Below, in pieces: positions 57,780-64,000 of a stretch of 64,000 nt of DNA. The stretch spans positions 15,258 through 79,257 of the forward strand of contig JAZTWT010000016.1 of the NCBI GenBank assembly GCA_045636045.1, written 5' to 3'. This DNA is from Candidatus Enterousia sp. Lineage in GTDB: Bacteria > Pseudomonadota > Alphaproteobacteria > Rs-D84. The notes under the pieces were generated by a model. The model did no database searches and was not told where the DNA came from. It saw nothing but the letters and a program-made list of their open reading frames with translations. Position 1 is the stretch's first letter. The number at the start of each line of letters is the position of its first letter. Made by a program: the position numbers and the translations under genes.

Positions 57780-58211
57780 ATGGCAAACAGGAACCCGAAT
57801 ACATCGGGCCTGCGACCAGCCAACACACTAACCAAGCGAGAAAGAAGCAAGATAGGAAGTAAGGGCGGCAAAAGGTCACAGCAGGTTCAAAAAGAACGGA
57901 AATTACAGCGAGAATTGCTGGCCGAGATACTATCTTTGAATGCACCAATTACGTCAATAAAACAGGTTCAAGATGTGTTGGGGCGTAAAAAAGCAGTGTC
58001 AAATGAAGAAGTGGTGCTGGCACGTATTGTGCAGTTGGCCAGAGATGAAGGTTCTTTGTCCGCAGCAACATTTATTCGTGATACATTGGGGCAAAACCCA
58101 ACAAATAAAGTGGATCATACGTCAGACGGCAATCCAATTTGTGCGGCAATTGTGCCAAACAGACAGTCATTGGATGAGTGGGTGAACGATGGTAAAACAT
58201 GTTCAGATTAG
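57780..58211 (+). CDS. putative terminase small subunit
   Basis: Sits immediately upstream of and overlapping TerL. It has a basic N-terminus NRNPNTSGLRP...SKGGKRS. Confidence 0.5.
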   Translation: MANRNPNTSGLRPANTLTKRERSKIGSKGGKRSQQVQKERKLQRELLAEILSLNAPITSIKQVQDVLGRKKAVSNEEVVLARIVQLARDEGSLSAATFIRDTLGQNPTNKVDHTSDGNPICAAIVPNRQSLDEWVNDGKTCSD

Positions 58212-59634
58212 ACGTGCCGTCAATGTTATTTATGATCCATACGCATGGCAAAGCAAAGGGCACAGATGTCCATGCTTTGAAATATTGGCCGAAGGTAATC
58301 GTGGCGGCGGCAAGTCGGATTTCCTGTTGATGGATTATGCACAGGGGTTGGACAAAGGGTTTGGTGTTGCCTATGCCGGGTTGATATTACGCCGTGAATT
58401 ATTTGAGTTAAAGGAAATTATCAAGAAGTCGCAAAAGTATTTCAAGCGACTGTATCCGGATGCAGAATATTCCAAGGCATCACGCACCTGGACATTTCCG
58501 GGTGGCGAAACATTGACGTTCAGCCAATGTGCCAACAGTGATGATTATTGGAAGTATCACGGACAAGAATTTCCATGGATTGGGTGGGATGAATTGACAA
58601 CACACCCAACACCAGAATGCTATGAAGCGATGATGTCATGCTGCCGTTCATCTGTGCCGGGGCTGATACCACGCATCGTATCAACAACAAACCCATGGGG
58701 TGCGGGTCATTCATGGGTAAAAGAACGTTTTATAGATCCGGCACCACGTGGTGTGCCAATCACAGATCCGGCAACCGGATTGACCAGAGTTGCCATTCAT
58801 GCGGATTTGCGTGAGAACACCGCATTGTTGGAAGCCAATCCAACATATATTCAACAGTTGCAAGCGTTGTCCAATCCGTTGAAACGCAAAGCATGGTTGG
58901 ATGGGGATTGGAATATACAGATTGGTGCGTTCTTTGGTGAATGTTGGGGCGTGAAGAATATCGTAAAGCCAATAACACCGCCAGAACATTGGTTGAAATG
59001 GCGTTCGTTTGACTGGGGAAGTGCAAAACCATTTTCGGTTGGATGGTTTTGCATGTCTGATGGTGTGCCGTTACCAGATGGCCGGTGTTATCCACGTGGT
59101 TCGATAATCCGGTACAAAGAATGGTACGGTGCCGACAAAACAGAACCAAATACCGGATTGAATATGCGTGTATCCGAAATTGCAGCGGGCATTTTGGAAC
59201 GTGACGGAGATGACAGAATAGATTATTCGGTGTCAGATCCGGCAATATTCAAGGAAGATGGTGCGGAATCGCAAGCGGAATTGTTCCGGAACAATGGTGT
59301 TGATTTTGAACGTGGCGACAACAACCGCATTGCTGGTTGGGAATTGATGCGTGAAAAGATGGGCAGCAATAAATCGGATGAACCGCCAATGTTTTATGTA
59401 ACCGAAAATTGTGTGGACTTTATCCGTCTGGTTCCGGTGTTGCTGTTTGATGAACGCAAACCGGAAGATTTGGATACAAGTGCGGAAGATCATATTGCTG
59501 ACGAATGTCGGTATGGTTTGATGACACGTCCAGTTGTGCGTGATAAGCCACGCACCATAAAGCATAACAACATGTCGGTGGAAAATATCTTGGCCAAGAT
59601 GCGTAGCCAAGCAAGCAATAGGTTCAAGTTATAA
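58189..59634 (+). CDS. terminase large subunit
   Basis: Walker A-like NRGGGKSD, Walker B IGWDELT, and a C-terminal nuclease region with acidic residues (DTSAEDHIADECRY). Confidence 0.85.
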   Translation: MVKHVQIRRAVNVIYDPYAWQSKGHRCPCFEILAEGNRGGGKSDFLLMDYAQGLDKGFGVAYAGLILRRELFELKEIIKKSQKYFKRLYPDAEYSKASRTWTFPGGETLTFSQCANSDDYWKYHGQEFPWIGWDELTTHPTPECYEAMMSCCRSSVPGLIPRIVSTTNPWGAGHSWVKERFIDPAPRGVPITDPATGLTRVAIHADLRENTALLEANPTYIQQLQALSNPLKRKAWLDGDWNIQIGAFFGECWGVKNIVKPITPPEHWLKWRSFDWGSAKPFSVGWFCMSDGVPLPDGRCYPRGSIIRYKEWYGADKTEPNTGLNMRVSEIAAGILERDGDDRIDYSVSDPAIFKEDGAESQAELFRNNGVDFERGDNNRIAGWELMREKMGSNKSDEPPMFYVTENCVDFIRLVPVLLFDERKPEDLDTSAEDHIADECRYGLMTRPVVRDKPRTIKHNNMSVENILAKMRSQASNRFKL

Positions 59635-59647
59635 CAAAGGGGAAAAT

Positions 59648-59992
59648 ATGAGAAAGAAGTTTTTTCAGTTACAAGGAGGCGTATTGGCGTTTGTGTTTGA
59701 AGGTACCGAAGAAGAATTAAAAGCGCATTTTGAACAGGAAAAGTCAGATGCAATCGCATTCTATGAACGTGCAATGGTTCAATGTGAAGAAAATATTGAA
59801 AAACAAGTTCGTCCGGAACGTTATGACAGTATGTCGGATGCAGAAAAGGCGGCCATTGATGCGGAATTGGCATCTGCGGTTGCACGTGAAAAGTTGAAGA
59901 AAGATAATTATGCACACAAAGTCAACACAGCAAAAGCGATGAAAATACAGGATGTGGAATACTTTGCGTTTGATGCAATAAAAATTCAATAA
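59648..59992 (+). CDS. hypothetical phage protein
   Basis: 114 aa, between TerL and the portal gene. Confidence 0.4.
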   Translation: MRKKFFQLQGGVLAFVFEGTEEELKAHFEQEKSDAIAFYERAMVQCEENIEKQVRPERYDSMSDAEKAAIDAELASAVAREKLKKDNYAHKVNTAKAMKIQDVEYFAFDAIKIQ

Positions 59993-60003
59993 GGCAGGTT
60001 GTT

Positions 60004-62049
60004 ATGGAACAGCAAAATTATGAATTTTGGGTAAAACAGATTTCATCGGCAAAAGATGAACATAAGCAATGGTTGGACCAATGCAAAAAGTTGGAAAGTC
60101 GTTTTGTTGACCAGGAAGTGGCGGTCAATTTGTTTTATTCCAATGTGCAGATTTTGTCCGCAGCATTATTGAATAATGAGCCAAAGCCAGAAGTTACACG
60201 CAGATTTTTCAATGCGTTGACCACAGATAAAAAGAAATCAGATTTATACACAACGACAGCACGTATTGCCCAATCGGGTATTGAATACTATTTCAACAAA
60301 AGTTCAGCCATTGACGTGGCAAAAACGGCAGTAAGGGGTGCGATTAAATGTGGGCGTGGTGTGTTATGGGTTGATTATGAGCCGACAATCGTTACAAAAG
60401 CACCACGTGTCAACATCATAAAGAAATTTGCAGCAAAAATTGGGTTGGCCGAAGAGCCGCAGCCAGAAGAATATGTCGCCGGTCGTGATATCAAGATTGT
60501 TTCATTGTCGCCGGATGAGTATCTGTGTTCGTATGCAGAAACACCACATAATATCTGGTGGAAGGCACGCAGACATTTGATGAACCGTGATGCGTTGCAA
60601 CGCAGATTTGGATATGTTGCCACAGATTCTGAATTGAAATATGCAGCCGAAGATGGTAGTGCCAATGTCCAGACACAGGAAAAGTTGGGTGAAGTATGGG
60701 AAATATGGGATAAGAACAAAAAGCAACGTTTGTTCCTGTTGCTGGGTGCAAAAAGCAATGATTTCTTGCAGGTGCCACAGGATGATCCATACAAATTGAC
60801 CGATTTTTATCCATGTTGGGATTACACACCGTTGACCAAGAACGGTTCGGTCGTGCCAATTCCAGAATATACGACATACGGCAAATTGTTGGAAGAAATC
60901 AATACGTTGTTTGAAAAGAATGCTGCGTTGGGTAAAAAAGTAAAGTATGTCACAATTTGCCACAACAAAGACCAAGAATTTGTTGCGAAGATGGCATCGG
61001 CGGCCGATGGTTCGGTTGTTGCAAGTACGGCACATGTGGATGATATTCGTAATGTTGCGATAACATTGGATGTGTCTGGTGCCCAGACAATGATTGAAAA
61101 GAATAATGCCCGCATTGAAATGCTGAAAAATCAAATTTATGAGATTACAGGAATGTCAGATTTAATGCGTGGTGTAACAGATCCACGTGAAACAGCCGCC
61201 GCACAGAAGATTAAAGGGTTCTTTGGCGGATTGCGTTTTCGTGATCGTCAAATCTGTGTGCAGACAGGTATTAAACAGGTATTCCGTATTGTCGCTGAAT
61301 TGATATGCGAACATTGGGATTGGGATACATTGTCTAATATTTCAGGTGTTGAATTATTGACCGGCACAGAAAAGAAATTGTATGGCCAGCAGGTGGTTAT
61401 AAATCAGCAGGCGGCAAAAGCAGGAACGCCAGCACCGTATGTAATAGATCCGTTTGTGGTCAAACAGTTGGATAAACCAACAGCAGATGAAGTGTTGGGT
61501 GTGTTGCGTGATGATCGTATGCGTAATTTTGTTATAGATATAGAATCAACAGCAACAGATTTTGATAACAAGGCCGAACAGGTGACAATAATCCAGAAGA
61601 TGACCGAAATATTTAACGGCATCACACAATCGGCCCAGTTTATATCAAATCCAGAATTCGTGGATTCGTACGTTGCGTTGGTCAAAATGCAGTTGGCACA
61701 TGTAAAATGTTCATCAGCCGTGGCCAATCAATTCACAGATGGATTGATGCAGTTTGCCAATAAGATACGCCAGTCACAGAAACAGGCACCGCAACCAACG
61801 ATAGAAGATAAGAAGTTGCAGTTGGATAGTCAAAAGGTTGCAGCAGATAATCAAGTTGCAATCCAGAAAATGCAGATAGACAAGGAAATCAAATTGCAAC
61901 AAATGCAGCAGGAAGCGATGTTCAAAGAACGTGAATTAGCACTGCGTGAACGTGAAGTTGCAATCAAAGAACAGGAAATCCGGGCAGAAACATTTGCAAA
62001 TGCGGTTCGTATAGATAACGGTATCGCACCGGATACCAATTTAGGATAA
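60004..62049 (+). CDS. portal protein
   Basis: 681 aa. Positioned after TerL, with a long C-terminal coiled-coil (barrel-like) tail. Confidence 0.65.
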   Translation: MEQQNYEFWVKQISSAKDEHKQWLDQCKKLESRFVDQEVAVNLFYSNVQILSAALLNNEPKPEVTRRFFNALTTDKKKSDLYTTTARIAQSGIEYYFNKSSAIDVAKTAVRGAIKCGRGVLWVDYEPTIVTKAPRVNIIKKFAAKIGLAEEPQPEEYVAGRDIKIVSLSPDEYLCSYAETPHNIWWKARRHLMNRDALQRRFGYVATDSELKYAAEDGSANVQTQEKLGEVWEIWDKNKKQRLFLLLGAKSNDFLQVPQDDPYKLTDFYPCWDYTPLTKNGSVVPIPEYTTYGKLLEEINTLFEKNAALGKKVKYVTICHNKDQEFVAKMASAADGSVVASTAHVDDIRNVAITLDVSGAQTMIEKNNARIEMLKNQIYEITGMSDLMRGVTDPRETAAAQKIKGFFGGLRFRDRQICVQTGIKQVFRIVAELICEHWDWDTLSNISGVELLTGTEKKLYGQQVVINQQAAKAGTPAPYVIDPFVVKQLDKPTADEVLGVLRDDRMRNFVIDIESTATDFDNKAEQVTIIQKMTEIFNGITQSAQFISNPEFVDSYVALVKMQLAHVKCSSAVANQFTDGLMQFANKIRQSQKQAPQPTIEDKKLQLDSQKVAADNQVAIQKMQIDKEIKLQQMQQEAMFKERELALREREVAIKEQEIRAETFANAVRIDNGIAPDTNLG

Positions 62050-62067
62050 ATACAGTTTCAGGAAGCG

Positions 62068-62092
62068 AAACCCACAGCGATGTGGGTTTTTT
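62068..62092 (+). terminator. intrinsic terminator-like hairpin after the portal gene
   Basis: aaacccaca-gcga-tgtgggttt hairpin plus a T-run. Confidence 0.5.
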
Positions 62093-62171
62093 CATACCAA
62101 TTTGGGCAACCAAATAAAGCAAACGGTGTGGCAACCGCCGATGAGTGGCCAAAAACAAAGGAAAGTTCAAA

Positions 62172-63143
62172 ATGGAAAAGGAACAGATCATAAGCACTGA
62201 TGACACAATCAACCAGCAAGCAAGTGATATACAGCCGGGTGAAACCGATGAATCAACCGTTGTCGTTGGTAGTGATGAGAATGGTAACAGTAATGTCGCA
62301 AGCGAAAATGGCGTGGACATTGAAATCCCGGAAAACTGGGAACAGCCGTTAAAGGACTTTTTGAATAGTATTTCAGATCCAGCAGGCAAAAAAGCGGTTT
62401 ATGACAAAATCAAAAACTTTGATTCTGGATATCAGCGAAAACTGAATGAAGTTGCAACGCAACGCAAAGAACTGGAAACAGAACGTGCAGCGTTCAGTGA
62501 TGAACGCCAATTGTTGGGTGCGTATGCGGCATTGGAAAAACATTTCCGTGATTCTGGAATATCCCCAGAAATCATAAATCAGTTTGGTGCGATTCCACAT
62601 TATTTGCGGTTCTTGCATGAAAACAACATGCGGGCCAGTCAAAATCCGGCACATTTCATTATAGATTTCTGCCGGGCCAAAGGGATTGATAGTGTTGAAA
62701 AACTGGAAGAATTGTTGACAGGCGATGATGCAAAAGCACGCCGTCAGGAATTAAATGCAGCGGATTTTGAAAGTCAGATGATGAAGCGTGTGGAAGAACG
62801 TTTTGCCATACAGAACGCCACGAATGAAATCAATGCGTTTGCCAATGATGGGAAACATCCATTGTTTCAAAACGTAAGGCAGACAATGGCAACGATGTTG
62901 CGTTCGTTCCCAAAAATAACATTGCAGGAAGCATACGATTTGGCGGTCTATAAGGATCCAGAATTGCGTGCCCAACAAGAATTGGCGGCAGAAAAAGCAC
63001 GTCAAGACGAAGTAAAAGCAGATGTCGCAAAGGCGAAAGCAGCAACCGGAATCACGCAGGCACCACAGGCCAAAGTAACACAACCGAAAGGTTGGGAAGA
63101 TGTTTTGGCCGAAGCAATAGAAAACGAAGATATTGATGATTAA
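62172..63143 (+). CDS. scaffolding protein
   Basis: Acidic and helical, located between the portal and capsid genes. The start is at MEKEQ after an AAAGGAAAG RBS. Confidence 0.55.
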   Translation: MEKEQIISTDDTINQQASDIQPGETDESTVVVGSDENGNSNVASENGVDIEIPENWEQPLKDFLNSISDPAGKKAVYDKIKNFDSGYQRKLNEVATQRKELETERAAFSDERQLLGAYAALEKHFRDSGISPEIINQFGAIPHYLRFLHENNMRASQNPAHFIIDFCRAKGIDSVEKLEELLTGDDAKARRQELNAADFESQMMKRVEERFAIQNATNEINAFANDGKHPLFQNVRQTMATMLRSFPKITLQEAYDLAVYKDPELRAQQELAAEKARQDEVKADVAKAKAATGITQAPQAKVTQPKGWEDVLAEAIENEDIDD

Positions 63144-63181
63144 ACATCGGTGTCAATCCATACTAACAAAAAGGAATTAAA

Positions 63182-64000
63182 ATGGAAAAAGATTTGAATT
63201 TGATATCAACCACATTAGCAAAGTGGTCAGAAGGTGCGTTTGACTGTGTTACAGACCGTAATGCATTGTTGTTCGCATATAAGAAAATCGGTAAATTAAA
63301 TAACATGAACGGCAACAAACAGTTGGGTTCAATCGTTATTGCACCGGGCGGAAGCGAAATCACAGAAACAGTTTCCATTTCTGAAACAAAGAATTCGGGC
63401 TGGGTTGATTATGACGAAGAATTGGGTACAGATGATGAAAAAGTATTGGCAGAAGCACATTATCCTTGGAAAATCTGTTATGCAAATGCTGTTGCGTTTG
63501 AACCACAAATCTTGGCCAACCAGGACAGCAAATTCCGCAAAATAAATATGATTAAAGCATTGGTTGACAATGCAGAAAGTTCTTTGATCAACAATGTTGG
63601 CAAAGGTTTGTTCAATTTGACACAGGCCAATGCAAAGTCATTGAACGGTCTGCCAGAAATCATCACAGATGATGGTACTGGTACTGTTGGTGGTCTGAGC
63701 ACAACAACATATCCTTTGTGGGCAAACCAGTTTGTAGAATTAGCAAAAGAACATACCCCAGCACAACTGGAACAGGCGATGGGTCAATTGTACCGTAAAT
63801 GCCGCAATGGCACAGATATCATCGTTACAACAGATGCGTTGTATGGTGAATACGAAGCAGCATTAAAAGACCGTGTACGTGTTGCAACAATGAAAGGTCT
63901 GGAAGATGCATGGTTTGATTATCTGCGTTTCCACAAAGCGGTTGTTATCTGGGATGAACATTGCCCAGCCAATCGTATGTATTTCTTGAACACCAAAGCA
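63182..64000 (+). CDS. major capsid protein (partial, runs off the window)
   Basis: An open frame of 273 codons from ATG 63182 with no stop (MEKDLNLISTTLAKWSEGAF...MYFLNTKA), so it is absent from the ORF track. Its position follows the scaffold gene. Confidence 0.6.
   Translation, partial: MEKDLNLISTTLAKWSEGAFDCVTDRNALLFAYKKIGKLNNMNGNKQLGSIVIAPGGSEITETVSISETKNSGWVDYDEELGTDDEKVLAEAHYPWKICYANAVAFEPQILANQDSKFRKINMIKALVDNAESSLINNVGKGLFNLTQANAKSLNGLPEIITDDGTGTVGGLSTTTYPLWANQFVELAKEHTPAQLEQAMGQLYRKCRNGTDIIVTTDALYGEYEAALKDRVRVATMKGLEDAWFDYLRFHKAVVIWDEHCPANRMYFLNTKA

Larger units (their letters stand above)
46722..64000. mobile_element. prophage integrated at the tRNA-Ser 3' end (right end lies beyond the window)
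   Basis: The region runs from an integrase abutting the tRNA through a leftward early operon and a repressor with operators. It then continues into a rightward operon ending in TerS-TerL-portal-scaffold-capsid. Confidence 0.85.

Overview
All calls come from reading the sequence and ORF track by eye and from remembered family motifs; no searches were run. The window is an AT-rich chromosomal segment of a Gram-negative bacterium. It is probably an alphaproteobacterium with an intracellular lifestyle (Rickettsiales/Holosporales-like). That placement is inferred only from the gene repertoire: BamD, RlpA, a BP26/SIMPL protein, an Omp25-like barrel, PPDK and QueA-Tgt.

Positions 1-46.6 kb are mostly housekeeping genes:
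- Envelope and secretion: secG, rnc-lepB, bamD, murJ, rlpA, dacA.
- Metabolism: acyl-ACP thioesterase, ppdK, ptb, dcd.
- Translation and RNA: rpsA, trpS, lysS, era, queA-tgt, mtaB, rpoZ.
- Replication and DNA: comM, a XerC/D-type recombinase, tatD, holB.
- RNA genes: RNase P RNA, tRNA-Glu, tRNA-Asp, tRNA-Gly and tRNA-Ser.

Several accessory genes sit among these:
- A four-gene islet beside tRNA-Glu (23.7-27.7 kb). It holds a MuF-fragment/Tlde1-like polymorphic toxin with an overlapping membrane immunity candidate, a J-domain protein and an HExxH protein.
- A secreted protein with eukaryote-like cysteine-rich repeats.
- A protein with an internal 78-aa tandem duplication.
- A 4x HTH repeat protein.
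- A RelA/SpoT-like (RSH-like) orphan immediately after lysS.

From 46.7 kb to the window end, and continuing beyond it, lies a prophage at the 3' end of tRNA-Ser:
- A large serine recombinase, then a leftward early operon of small zinc-ribbon proteins, YopX and MazG-like genes.
- A lambda-like immunity region with repeated TTGTA-N10-TACAA operators on both sides of an XRE repressor.
- A rightward operon: HNH, a DUF6291-like protein, and a P22-order packaging/head module (TerS, TerL, portal, scaffold, capsid). The capsid gene is cut by the window edge.

No CRISPR array, rRNA gene or IS element was seen.
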